Positions 23,744-32,734 of a DNA stretch of 64,000 bases are shown here, piece by piece; the stretch's first letter is position 1, and each line of letters starts with the position of its first letter. A program made the position numbers and the translations under genes. Where the stretch lies: positions 26,186 to 90,185 of the IMG/VR virus record IMGVR_UViG_2858943916_000002; one strand, written 5' to 3'. The notes under the pieces are model-generated. The model was given only the letters and a program-made list of their open reading frames with translations. It had not been told where the DNA came from and searched no databases. Origin of the DNA: a virus (Duplodnaviria > Caudoviricetes).

Positions 23744-24463
23744 GAAAATAAAAAGACCGGAAAGCGTGACGCAACTGGCGACGCCCGGTGGCAACTCCGC
23801 CCCCCGGACCAGCCCGACTCGGTTGGCGCCCAGGCAGGCGCGGCATGAGCGGGATCTCGAATCCGCAGGTCGGCGCTTGGTAAGATGGCCGTCGCGCATC
23901 CTTGCGCGGCAGGCTATCGGGTCATCGAAACCAACTGAAACGCCAATTTTGTGAAATTTAGCTATCGGTCAGGAATATAGACAGGCAAAAGGGGACGAAT
24001 TAGGCGATGCCTTTAACTATTGTTAATTTCTTTGCTGATTTCGTAACATTCTGATTCCACTCCTCCCCTCCTGTCCAAGGTGGCGCCGCCGGCATGCGCT
24101 GGCACGAAAGGGAGCAATACCCAGACAACAAGGGTTGGAACCAGAAGCCGAACGGCCTCTTGCGCCGCGCGGGCCTGTCGGCCGCAACAGCGCCGATGGC
24201 GGGAGAATTGAGGGGAAAGCCATAGGGGAATGACGACGGGCGCTCCACCCTCGCATTGCGCGAGGCATCGTCATCAGCGCTGTCCTACGTGCCGCCCATG
24301 CCGGCCCGGTCTGTGCCGACCGGGAATCAGCGCTCAGAAAATACAGGTCTTTTGCGTGCAGGTCTTTTGCGCGCCTTCGACCAGAAAAACCGCCACCCGA
24401 CGATAAACCGATGCCATGCGGGCGCCTGTCGACATGGCGCGGTGGACCGCCGCTGCATCACGG

Positions 24464-24499
24464 AAAACAAAGCGGGCCTCGGATTGCTCCGAGACCCGC
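24464..24499 (-). terminator. Rho-independent terminator downstream of the tRNA 3' end
   Basis: GCGGG..CTCGGA/TCCGAG..CCCGC stem followed by TTTGTTTT on the minus strand. Confidence 0.7.
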
Positions 24500-24508
24500 A
24501 TTGTTCTT

Positions 24509-24555
24509 TGGTAGGCCCCCCGAGAGTCGAACTCGGCACCAACGGATTATGAGTC
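24509..24555 (-). tRNA. 3' fragment (47 bp) of a CAT-anticodon tRNA (Ile2/Met type), the att core of prophage 2; not a complete tRNA
   Basis: GACTCATAATCCGTTGGTGCCGAGTTCGACTCTCGGGGGGCCTACCA: anticodon loop, T-arm GTTCGA, CCA; no D-arm or acceptor 5' half upstream. Confidence 0.88.
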
Positions 24556-24596
24556 TGCCGAGGAATCTAGGCTTTATGCGGGTTTCGGGCCGGTGG

Positions 24597-24671
24597 CCGT
24601 TCCGCAATCATAATGGCGTACCGCCGAAAAATCCCTTTAGAATCAAACACCGATTTTCCATTGCGGAACGG
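24597..24671. repeat. 12-bp inverted repeat next to att (possible integrase arm sites)
   Basis: CCGTTCCGCAAT 24597-24608 and ATTGCGGAACGG 24660-24671. Confidence 0.6.
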
Positions 24672-24691
24672 TTTTTTTTGGGGGGGCGGAC

Positions 24692-24910
24692 ATGGACGAC
24701 AACGGAATCCTGGAGCAGGTGCCCGGCCAGTACGTGGCCCAGGCCGCCCTTACCCTGCCGCCGGCGGCCACCGCCGAGGACCGCGACTACCAGGTCGAGA
24801 TCGACGCCGGGCACGCCGGTCGGGTGCGCATCACCTTTCGGCGCCACAAGGCCCGGCGTGCCAAACACACGCATTGGTTCTGGGCAGCCAAGCGAGCGGA
24901 CGCTGTCTAG
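24692..24910 (+). CDS. Small hypothetical protein next to att
   Basis: 72 aa, convergent with Rz with overlapping stops. Confidence 0.65.
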   Translation: MDDNGILEQVPGQYVAQAALTLPPAATAEDRDYQVEIDAGHAGRVRITFRRHKARRAKHTHWFWAAKRADAV

Positions 24911-25371
24911 GGCCTGACGCCGCGCAGGCCGCGGATATAGCCTTGCAGGCCGTTCACCTGGTCGGCCCATCCTGCGGCGTCGGCAGCCAGGTCTCCATAT
25001 TCCGCGTAGCACGCTGCAAAACCTCCGATCCAGTCGGGGCCGGCCTCATCAGGTCGGCGGCCGGCTCGGGGATTTGCGGGATCGCGGCCGGCGGAGCGGA
25101 GCAGGCGGTCAAGCTGAGCGCGGGCAGCAGCCAGGCCAGTTTTCGCAGCCTCGCGCGCCAGGACGGCACCACGATATTGGGCATCAGCACGGTCTTTCTC
25201 CAGTTGGTAGGCTTCGGTGATGGCGCGCTGCGCGGCCTCGGCGCGGGCGCGCTCCTTGGTGACGCCGGCGGCCTCCCGGCTGGCGCCGTACAGCACGACG
25301 CCGGCGCCCAGCACCAGCACCACCAGCGCGCCGCCGATCCAGGGCAGCGCCAACTTCCAGAACGGGTTCAT
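24907..25371 (-). CDS. Rz: i-spanin
   Basis: N-terminal TM plus coiled coil, after the endolysin. Confidence 0.8.
   Translation of the reverse strand: MNPFWKLALPWIGGALVVLVLGAGVVLYGASREAAGVTKERARAEAAQRAITEAYQLEKDRADAQYRGAVLAREAAKTGLAAARAQLDRLLRSAGRDPANPRAGRRPDEAGPDWIGGFAACYAEYGDLAADAAGWADQVNGLQGYIRGLRGVRP
24954..25190 (-). CDS. Rz1: o-spanin lipoprotein embedded in Rz
   Basis: Lipobox LTAC followed by a Pro-rich segment, nested in an alternate frame. Confidence 0.75.
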   Translation of the reverse strand: MLMPNIVVPSWRARLRKLAWLLPALSLTACSAPPAAIPQIPEPAADLMRPAPTGSEVLQRATRNMETWLPTPQDGPTR

Positions 25372-25859
25372 GCCTGCACCTCGGCGGCGGCCTGGCGGTA
25401 GAGGTCAGGCCAGGTGTGCGGGTGCGGCTTGCCCGGCCGCCAGGTGCGCAGGTACAGCGCCCATCCTGCGTCAGCATCGCCGACAGCCGGCAGCGCCTTC
25501 GGATCGGTCCACAGCAGCAACCGGGCGACGCCGGCGGCCAGCACGTCGTCATACTCCAGAGCCGCATAAATCGCGTCCGGGTCATAAGCCACACTGCGGG
25601 CGTTGCACAGCACCGCCAGGTGATCCTTGCTCGCCGGGTGCAGGAACACGCCCCACACACCGCCCCGGCTCGCCCGCGTACCCTTTTCGAATTGCCAGAA
25701 GCCCCGCGCCGGTCCGCCGATCTGCTGGCGGTGCGTGAACCGGCTTTCCTGCAGGCCGATGGCCAGCAACATCACGCGCGCCGCGGGCGTGTCCATGGCA
25801 GCCGGCAGCAGCGACAGCGCGGGGGTGATGGCGGCGGAAACGATAGTGTCCAAGGTCAT
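25368..25859 (-). CDS. Endolysin (lysozyme-like)
   Basis: LLAIGLQES, GPARGFWQFE, YLRTWRPGKP; position in the lysis cassette. Confidence 0.8.
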   Translation of the reverse strand: MTLDTIVSAAITPALSLLPAAMDTPAARVMLLAIGLQESRFTHRQQIGGPARGFWQFEKGTRASRGGVWGVFLHPASKDHLAVLCNARSVAYDPDAIYAALEYDDVLAAGVARLLLWTDPKALPAVGDADAGWALYLRTWRPGKPHPHTWPDLYRQAAAEVQA

Positions 25860-26140
25860 AGCGTGGGTTTCCTGATGTGCTTTGCCGTCACAGCGGCGAC
25901 ATAGAAGGCGGCCGACGCGGCAAGCGCTGCATCGCCGGCACTCGCCCAGCCGGCAATGAAGATCCGGCACGCCGCGCCGGTGGCGGTCAGGCTGACGGCG
26001 GCCAGGCCGATACGCTCGAAAGTGGTGTCCTTGATGGTGCGGGAGAAGACCGCCAGCACCGCCCCGCCAGCCACGATGAGCCAACTCACGAACGCCAGCA
26101 CGGCCCAGAGCGTCAGGTAAATGGTGCTGTCCATGGTCAT
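25856..26140 (-). CDS. Holin/antiholin-like membrane protein
   Basis: Three hydrophobic segments, between holin and endolysin. Confidence 0.65.
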   Translation of the reverse strand: MTMDSTIYLTLWAVLAFVSWLIVAGGAVLAVFSRTIKDTTFERIGLAAVSLTATGAACRIFIAGWASAGDAALAASAAFYVAAVTAKHIRKPTL

Positions 26141-26445
26141 GCCCCCTTACCGCGCACGCGGTCGATCACTGCCTGCCACAGCGCGCCGATGGGCGCCGCC
26201 TGCACGGCCTCCCACGCGCGCGACACGATGGCCATGCCGAACATTCCAGTCAGGAAGCCGGCCAAGCCTTCCGGAATACCCAGCAGCAATGACAGGTATG
26301 GCGACGCGTAGAAGGCCACCAGCGAACCGCTGGCCGCCATGCTCAGGCGCGCCGGCCACGAACCCTGCAGGTAGCGCATGGACACGGCCGCGCCCAGCAC
26401 CCCGGCGAACTTTGCCGCGAAGGCGTCGAAGTCTTGGATGTTCAA
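26137..26445 (-). CDS. Holin
   Basis: About 100 aa, 3 TM segments, basic C-terminus; TTG start. Confidence 0.75.
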   Translation of the reverse strand: MNIQDFDAFAAKFAGVLGAAVSMRYLQGSWPARLSMAASGSLVAFYASPYLSLLLGIPEGLAGFLTGMFGMAIVSRAWEAVQAAPIGALWQAVIDRVRGKGA

Positions 26446-26463
26446 TCGCGTCCCCTATAGACG

Positions 26464-26486
26464 AAAAAAATCCCGCACGAGGCGGG
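26464..26486 (-). terminator. Terminator between tail-tip cargo and the lysis cassette
   Basis: CCCGC/GCGGG stem plus T7. Confidence 0.6.
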
Positions 26487-26502
26487 CACTTTGGGCTAAC
26501 CC

Positions 26503-26778
26503 TTATCTCTCAAATGATCGATGCCTGATCACTGACAAATGGCCGCCGGGATCAATAGGAAATATGGGATTTGGGATAGACGGCGAAGGCAACGAAGCAT
26601 CCCCGCCGGCATAGACGATCGCGGCAACATAGCCGTCCAAATCATATGGCACGCGATACCTGCCACTCAGATTCAAGATCCCATGATGCATGTTGTTTGA
26701 CACATTGAACCCAAGGCCGAGCCCACCAAAGCCGACGCCGGCTGTCTCGATGTTGGCACCGGAAAGCGACTGTGCCAT
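26503..26778 (-). CDS. Hypothetical protein (tail-tip region, AT-rich)
   Basis: 91-aa ORF. Confidence 0.5.
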   Translation of the reverse strand: MAQSLSGANIETAGVGFGGLGLGFNVSNNMHHGILNLSGRYRVPYDLDGYVAAIVYAGGDASLPSPSIPNPIFPIDPGGHLSVIRHRSFER

Positions 26779-26871
26779 AGTTAGCTATAGGCAGCGATGT
26801 GACTTTCTCGCAGGGCGTGGGCGACTGGAAGAGTTCCGTCTTTGGCGAATGAAGCCGCAGCAATATCTTCA

Positions 26872-27348
26872 TCAGATGATGAACTCATCAAGCGTCATGA
26901 CGGCTGGCACGTTCGTCACAAAATTCATATCTCCGCGGCTACCGAGATAGACGGAGCCGGACCAAATGCGCCACCGAAACTCGTAGGTATGTGCGCCTGA
27001 AAGCGGTGTAGTGTCCCGCCATCGGAGGTAGATCGGAACTACTGCAGCATTCGTCGGGATCGATACGGCGCCCACCTGCTCCAGCAGTTGACCATCACGG
27101 AATATCCCGAATAGCACCAGGCCATCCGCTGAGCGCCCTACAATGCCGGAAAGCGCCACCTCGACACCACAGGGCTCAGTCATGCCTTCGAGCGTGATCT
27201 GCGCCCCAGCGATAGGCATCCATGAAGGCGTCGCTCCGTATGCAGCGCCTTGGGCCTGAACAATTGCGGATTTTGTACGCGTGTAGCCGCCGCCAGGTGG
27301 CCTGCATACACAGGACAACTCTTGCAGGTTGATAACAATTTCCGGCAT
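26872..27348 (-). CDS. Beta-rich protein resembling a free-standing tail-fibre tip / adhesin domain
   Basis: Position after the tail-fibre chaperone; ..SGAHTYEFRWR..SGSVYL..beta pattern. Confidence 0.5.
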   Translation of the reverse strand: MPEIVINLQELSCVCRPPGGGYTRTKSAIVQAQGAAYGATPSWMPIAGAQITLEGMTEPCGVEVALSGIVGRSADGLVLFGIFRDGQLLEQVGAVSIPTNAAVVPIYLRWRDTTPLSGAHTYEFRWRIWSGSVYLGSRGDMNFVTNVPAVMTLDEFII

Positions 27349-27422
27349 TTCTTGAATCCCCTCGTTCTCTACCGGGCAAATGTATCCAGATCGTGCCTAA
27401 CCGCCTGATCGAATCCGCTTGG

Positions 27423-27854
27423 TCAGTTCGGCGGCTCAGGCCATTGGATGGACGACGGATACCCCGATTGCGTGGAGATACGAGAAAGACTGATTCTATA
27501 CGTCTTCCACTGGCGCAACGATTCGATTTCCTCGGCCGTCGCAAGATTCAGCTCAACGGCGTCTTCGAGCGGTGCAATTCGCATGGTGGCAACATAAAGC
27601 AGCTCATCCCGACGCGCTTCTGCAGCAGTGGCCAGCTGTGCAATCGTTGGTTTCGGGGCATCGCCCCACGCCGGCAGCCCGTCATCACCAACGGCACGGG
27701 TTTTCCCATCAGGGGCAGTCCCAAGAGAGAACTCAGCAAAGGCCTCGTACGGAACGGCTACCACATCTGCTGGGAGAGTCCCAGCTTGCTCGTAGTCGCT
27801 CCGCATGTCCAACGGATAGAAGCTATTTTCTGACGGTGAAAATAGGACTTTCAT
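27423..27854 (-). CDS. Tail fibre assembly chaperone (Tfa-like)
   Basis: FSPSEN.FYP, G..R.VG.DGLPAW, L.DAVEL..AT.EE...L..WK.YRI.L.R...WPE.P. Confidence 0.88.
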   Translation of the reverse strand: MKVLFSPSENSFYPLDMRSDYEQAGTLPADVVAVPYEAFAEFSLGTAPDGKTRAVGDDGLPAWGDAPKPTIAQLATAAEARRDELLYVATMRIAPLEDAVELNLATAEEIESLRQWKTYRISLSRISTQSGYPSSIQWPEPPN

Positions 27855-27865
27855 GGTTCTCTCCT

Positions 27866-28621
27866 TTAGCGGCCAATTGCCCGCCAGTAAATGCTGCCGC
27901 TCGTCGTGGCCCGGTACAGAAAGAAGTTAGTCAGACTAGTCCCGTTTTTAGCGGCACGCGTGGTCTGCGTGATCGTTGTCGCATTGCTCGCGTACACCGC
28001 GAGTACCTCGTTCGGAAATGGAATCGGGAAGTTCGTGAGGGTATCGATGTCGGGATTGATCGTCGCGAATCCCCACTGCTCAATGTAGCCGCCCGGAAGC
28101 TTCCGAAATCCGTTGGTAGTGAGAGACTGATTTCCCCCGCCCAGCGCATCTGCCAACTTCTTGGGCGTGATGAGGACCGTATCGTCCGTTAAAGCTTGCG
28201 CCTGTGCGGTGGTCGCAATTCCGGCTCCCATGTCCGCCCAGCCAGCGCCACCAGTATCGGGATTTGTCGTATTGTTATCGACCAAGCTCAGCCAATAACC
28301 GTTTCCAGCAGCTTGCCTGACTTGGGAGCCCTTGGGGTAGCCGCCAATGGCTGCGCTGAACGCGGCATCATAGGAATAGCCTGCCCCGGCCTGCCCCCAG
28401 CGCATTGCAGCGCTCAAAAAATTGAGGATGCCGTTGAAGTCTGCGCCGTAAGGGGGTACGCCACCCGCCGCCAGAGGCGTCATCGTCAACGGTGGGAACC
28501 CGTCGGTGAACGAAGCCGCGCCAGGCGTCACACCGATCTGAGAGGCGACGGGGATGGTGTTTTTGGTGCCGCTCTGCGCGAACGGAACAGCGGATTTGCT
28601 GGGTGCGTTGCTAGCCTGCAT
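27866..28621 (-). CDS. Short tail fibre protein
   Basis: GFPPLTMTPL.AGG.PP.G.DFNGI, GGYPKG, C-terminal G..KLPGG.I.QWG. Confidence 0.85.
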   Translation of the reverse strand: MQASNAPSKSAVPFAQSGTKNTIPVASQIGVTPGAASFTDGFPPLTMTPLAAGGVPPYGADFNGILNFLSAAMRWGQAGAGYSYDAAFSAAIGGYPKGSQVRQAAGNGYWLSLVDNNTTNPDTGGAGWADMGAGIATTAQAQALTDDTVLITPKKLADALGGGNQSLTTNGFRKLPGGYIEQWGFATINPDIDTLTNFPIPFPNEVLAVYASNATTITQTTRAAKNGTSLTNFFLYRATTSGSIYWRAIGR

Positions 28622-29285
28622 GGATGAGCCCCGAGGATGTGAAAAAGACGCCGGATCCGAAAGGCTGCATCAGCGCCTCATTGAATCCGAAGGTTGTTGG
28701 TAGGTCGACCTGCAAAACGTTGGCCAGGACAGCCGCTGGCTTAGGGATCGCGCCGGACTGGGTCAATATGGCGATCTCGTACGGCTCCAGCGCGAACTCG
28801 AACACATATCGGAACTCCATGTTCCCGGTATCGGACACGTAACAACGGCCGCGGCCTTCGAAAAGGTTTGAAAGCAGCCGGTTGAGACTGGGCGACGTGC
28901 AATCCGAGATATTGGCCAGTGCCTTGACGAGGATCAGCTTGCGGTAGGCGTCATCGGCAAGACGGTATGTCTGGGTTGCCTGCGCGCCCGTGTAGAAAGG
29001 CGCCTGGTTGAAGGGCTGCCAGCTAATGGCCTCCTCATACCCTAGATAGGTCACATCCCCGGGAACGGTGAGCATGCGCCCGATACCGACGATCCTGCCC
29101 CAGATGTCCAGCCCGAAGCCCTGCGCCGTCTCCACGTTCCAGACGAAGTTGTAGAAGGCGTCGAAATCCGTGTCCGGGTTGATGTAGTCGTCCATGTTGT
29201 TGGCCAACTGGACGAGCGTCGGGCTGTTCGCATACTGGCTGATGAAGGTCCGCGCCACCAGCCCGGGTTTCGGTTGCACGCTCAT
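28611..29285 (-). CDS. Baseplate protein (DUF2612)
   Basis: SQYANSP, A.GFGLDIWGRIVG, L.DD.YR.LI..KA..NI. Confidence 0.85.
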   Translation of the reverse strand: MSVQPKPGLVARTFISQYANSPTLVQLANNMDDYINPDTDFDAFYNFVWNVETAQGFGLDIWGRIVGIGRMLTVPGDVTYLGYEEAISWQPFNQAPFYTGAQATQTYRLADDAYRKLILVKALANISDCTSPSLNRLLSNLFEGRGRCYVSDTGNMEFRYVFEFALEPYEIAILTQSGAIPKPAAVLANVLQVDLPTTFGFNEALMQPFGSGVFFTSSGLIHAG

Positions 29286-30490
29286 ACCAAGGTCACCGAG
29301 ATATCGGCCGCCGACACTGTCGGGCGCCGGTTGATGGGGACGGTCAGGCTCGCCGCCGTCGGCGTCACGTCGCCCAGGAGCAATGAAAGGATCGACACCG
29401 ACGCACCGAGAAGCGACACGGGTGCGTAGAAGCGGCTCGCGTAGATAGTGGAGCCGATCCGCGCGCGCTGGCCGCCATCAGTGCCGTTGAACGCGTCGAT
29501 GATGGCCTGCTTGGTCAGGTCCACAATGTTCGACGGCAGCGCCGGATTGTTGGCCAGCTGCACCGCGAATTTCACCGGCAGCGCGGCGGGGGTTTCCCAC
29601 TTCACCACATAGGACGGGTATGGATAGGAATAGCCGTCCCGGTCTTCGACCGTGTAAGACGTGTTGCCGTTGTAGTCCGCGCCGTTGCTCTTCTTGCGCC
29701 AGATGGCCAAGGCGATATCCGCCGCCTCGCCGCCGACCACCGCCACCCAAATGGAATGCGGCACGAGCGACACCCCGCCGATGGTTTGGGCGATGGACAG
29801 GTTGTTCTCCGTCACGTAGACGTCGATGACGCCGTCCAAGTTTGCGACGGCGGCGTAGATGGACTGGAGGGAGCTTCGGGCATTGATTGCCACGGATTGG
29901 CGCCGGCGCTCTTCGAACTCTGCCCGTGACTCGACATTGCTGCCCACCGTGCCCGCGCCGGCGTTCAAGACCGAGTCCCAACCCGGGATCGCCTGATAAA
30001 TCTGGTTCAGTGTGCCAGCCGCGCAGCTGATCGGTCCGTTGACCGAGCAGGAGAACGGCAGGTCGATGCTGCCCGAGGGTGGGATGGTGCCGGCCTGCGT
30101 GCAGAGGTAGATATTGCCGTCGACCGCCTGCGCGCGAGCGCCCACTGGGATTGTGACGCCCGTCAGCCCCATGCAGGTCGCGATCACGGTGGTGGCCGTG
30201 CCAGGCTTGCGGTCCAGGAAGTAGATGCGGCCGATGGCATCTTGCATCCGGCCAGCGGCGAAGGCCGGGTCCACCTGGTTCACATACGAGGCGAACTCGC
30301 TATTCTTGTCCCCGATGATCGCCGTGGTGGTGCTGGCCAGCTGGCCCTGGGGCGTCTCCAGGTTCTTGTTCAGGCCGCCACCGAAGGCGCTGTCCATGTC
30401 CGCCAGTACGCCGGCCAGGATCTCGGATTCTTGAGGCAATACGAGGCCTTCCGGCGTGAACTGCACGCGCGGTACTTGGGAGGTAGCCAT
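29282..30490 (-). CDS. Baseplate J/gp47-like protein
   Basis: TPQGQL, G.MQDAIG, ESRAEFE.RR, PHS..V.V.GG. Confidence 0.88.
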   Translation of the reverse strand: MATSQVPRVQFTPEGLVLPQESEILAGVLADMDSAFGGGLNKNLETPQGQLASTTTAIIGDKNSEFASYVNQVDPAFAAGRMQDAIGRIYFLDRKPGTATTVIATCMGLTGVTIPVGARAQAVDGNIYLCTQAGTIPPSGSIDLPFSCSVNGPISCAAGTLNQIYQAIPGWDSVLNAGAGTVGSNVESRAEFEERRRQSVAINARSSLQSIYAAVANLDGVIDVYVTENNLSIAQTIGGVSLVPHSIWVAVVGGEAADIALAIWRKKSNGADYNGNTSYTVEDRDGYSYPYPSYVVKWETPAALPVKFAVQLANNPALPSNIVDLTKQAIIDAFNGTDGGQRARIGSTIYASRFYAPVSLLGASVSILSLLLGDVTPTAASLTVPINRRPTVSAADISVTLV

Positions 30491-30497
30491 GGGGTCC

Positions 30498-30848
30498 CTA
30501 GAAAGTGATGGTCGACGTCTTGCCGTTGGTCAGCGTGACTTCGACATAGCCGCTCAGGCGGCGATTCTCGAATGCGGTGATGGCCGGTACGGCGTCTGCC
30601 ACATCCGGCACGGTCAAGGCCGCGGCGCGCAGCCATTCGCGCACCAGCGCCAGCGGAGGCAACTGACCCAGCACCTCGGTCCAGTACGGAATGCCCTTGG
30701 CGGTGTCATAGAACAGCTCGCCACGGAACAGCTTGATGGCGCTGGCCACGTCCTGCGCCACGGCGTAGGGGTTCGATGCCATCGCGATGTTGCCGGCCGC
30801 ATCCAGGACGAGATCCCACGCGGTCCGGTCCAACAAAAGGGTATTCAT
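30498..30848 (-). CDS. Baseplate wedge (gp25/W-like)
   Basis: Q.V....KLF.GE..YD...GIPY; ATG 30848. Confidence 0.8.
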   Translation of the reverse strand: MNTLLLDRTAWDLVLDAAGNIAMASNPYAVAQDVASAIKLFRGELFYDTAKGIPYWTEVLGQLPPLALVREWLRAAALTVPDVADAVPAITAFENRRLSGYVEVTLTNGKTSTITF

Positions 30849-31582
30849 CAGTTCGGTGTCCCGGTGTTCGCGGGGCCCGTCTGCACCCCAGGATGGGTGT
30901 GCGTCGAGCCAACGTCCTTGCCGTTGTTGCGCAGCGTGCCGAGCGTTTCCATGTTGCCCTGCCAGGTCGAGGTGCCAGCGTACGAGCCTGCCCCCTGTTG
31001 CACAGTGCCATTCAGCACGATCTGAGGCGAGTTCAGGGCACATCGCTCGCTGGCGTTCACCTCGACGTTTGGCGCCACCACAGTGACCTTGGCAGGCGAC
31101 ACAACGCTGATACCTTCCTCGGTAAACTGCACATACTGCACCGGCGCGCCGTTGAGCATGCCACCGAAGTAAAGTCCGTCGGCCATGTCGTGCGTTCGCC
31201 AGGACGCGGGGTTCGCCTGCTGCTTGCTGGACTTGACGGCCGATAGGTCTCGGCTAGCAAAGGCCGCCATCCCGATGTCGCCCACCTTTGGATCAAGGAT
31301 CACGGCATCGGTACCACCCTGCAGCCTGAAGTAAGGGAGTTGGAAAAGTCGCCCATGAGGCTCTGCATTTCCATTCCCGTCCAGCTGGTTCACGAGCGGC
31401 TGGACATCAACAAGGCCGACAGGGGAAACGCCGCCGTTGTTCGTGACCGCGATCACGCGCACCAGCGTGCAGGTGTTCAGCCTGTTCAGCATCTGGGCCA
31501 CCAGGAACGTGAACGCACCGAAGTCGCCACTACCTTCCGACGCCCTGGCCATCCCTTGATAGCCGAAGTCAGGATTGGCCAT
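30848..31582 (-). CDS. Baseplate spike (gp138/V-like)
   Basis: VDVQPLV, P.VGDIG, H...DG...GG, C-terminal HTHPGV. Confidence 0.85.
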   Translation of the reverse strand: MANPDFGYQGMARASEGSGDFGAFTFLVAQMLNRLNTCTLVRVIAVTNNGGVSPVGLVDVQPLVNQLDGNGNAEPHGRLFQLPYFRLQGGTDAVILDPKVGDIGMAAFASRDLSAVKSSKQQANPASWRTHDMADGLYFGGMLNGAPVQYVQFTEEGISVVSPAKVTVVAPNVEVNASERCALNSPQIVLNGTVQQGAGSYAGTSTWQGNMETLGTLRNNGKDVGSTHTHPGVQTGPANTGTPN

Positions 31583-32438
31583 TGAAGTCCCTTATGCACA
31601 TGATTTCCGTGACCCAGGCACCATTTGGGACCTCGGCCTCGAGAGTGTGAGACAGGCTCACCACCGTCCACTCCCCGTGGGCGGGCTCATTCACGCTGAC
31701 GACCTGCACCCTCTTCCCGACGCCCAGACGCGGCTCATACAACAGCCGGACCATGATGCCGCCACCGGTAAACGAGGGGTAGCCGACCATGTTGATCGCT
31801 GGATCGATCAGGATTGCTTCGTTCTGTCGGCTGCCGTCCCACGCCCAAATCGCGAGGATCCCGGCTTCGATCGTGTAGTTGAAACGCGCGGCCTTGGCCA
31901 ATGCTCGCAGCTGATCGACCGCAGTCCCCGGGAAATAGGGGTTGGCAAGGCTCCCCTCCACCCCGCTGGACTCGAACGCCAGCCCCATGCTCGAGGCGAT
32001 GTCTCTCGCAACGTCGACGACCTTGGTAGGCGCGCGATAGCTTCTTGGACGAACCAGCTTTAGCGCGTCACTGGCTTGGGCCAAAGCTGTGATGTAGAAA
32101 ACCACCTCCGGCGCAGAGTTGTAATCCGCCCAGGCTTGGTCAATCTTGCCCTCGTACACGACAGAAAGCGCCTGATCCGCATCGCCACCTTCCACCAGCA
32201 CGCGATTTTGCCCGCGGCGCTGGCTCAGCACTGGGCCGATGGTGGTCAGCTTGTTGATCATCTCCGGCGCCAGGCCGTAGATGCGCATTTGCATCTGCGC
32301 CTGCGCGTCGCCGTTATACGACACCATCGCCACCTGGACGCGGTACCCCCGCAATGTCACATCGGGGCCCTTTTCGTCGCCAAACTGGCCCTCGCCCAAG
32401 CTGATAGTTACATCAAGGCGGCGTTTAATGAAGCTCAT
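31569..32438 (-). CDS. Baseplate hub protein
   Basis: Position and size; IYGL...I motif. Confidence 0.75.
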   Translation of the reverse strand: MSFIKRRLDVTISLGEGQFGDEKGPDVTLRGYRVQVAMVSYNGDAQAQMQMRIYGLAPEMINKLTTIGPVLSQRRGQNRVLVEGGDADQALSVVYEGKIDQAWADYNSAPEVVFYITALAQASDALKLVRPRSYRAPTKVVDVARDIASSMGLAFESSGVEGSLANPYFPGTAVDQLRALAKAARFNYTIEAGILAIWAWDGSRQNEAILIDPAINMVGYPSFTGGGIMVRLLYEPRLGVGKRVQVVSVNEPAHGEWTVVSLSHTLEAEVPNGAWVTEIMCIRDFNGQS

Positions 32439-32734
32439 AGGTCCGAAGTCTCGATGTACATCAGCTGAAACCTGCCGCCCAAACCGGCATACCCCGGGTC
32501 GTCGCGGCCTTGGGTGTCAACAAAAGAGAGATCACCCACGAAAGCGGTATACGACTCGCGGACCAGCCGGACACGGTCCCGGCAAAGCACGGCCATAGCG
32601 ATCGGCTGGTGGTTGACCTGAACATCAACAAACAGGCCGGTGGACTTCTGGTAAACCGCCAGTTGGCAGTTTTGGCCGCCAAGCACCACGCTGCAGGTCT
32701 GTGCAGGGATGGGTCGTAAGGGAATCCGCCTCAT
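32435..32734 (-). CDS. Baseplate protein
   Basis: IPL.P.P.Q...V.LGGQ...L....G.L.F.DTQG..DP.Y.GLG.RF.L.Y. Confidence 0.8.
   Translation of the reverse strand: MRRIPLRPIPAQTCSVVLGGQNCQLAVYQKSTGLFVDVQVNHQPIAMAVLCRDRVRLVRESYTAFVGDLSFVDTQGRDDPGYAGLGGRFQLMYIETSDL

Noticed and set aside
24344-24371. 13-bp direct repeat CAGGTCTTTTGCG (two copies, 15-bp period)
   Set aside because: Only two copies with no gene context; it may be a regulator site but cannot be supported.
24509-24600. Complete tRNA gene
   Set aside because: The 5' half is missing and the anticodon stem is mismatched (GCAGA/TCCGT); it is an att duplication.
24672-24686. T8-G7 run before ATG 24692 as a phase-variable spacer
   Set aside because: No evidence of length variation from a single sequence.
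26446-28621. BPP-1-type diversity-generating retroelement at the tail fibre
   Set aside because: No reverse transcriptase and no TR/VR repeat pair seen in the window.
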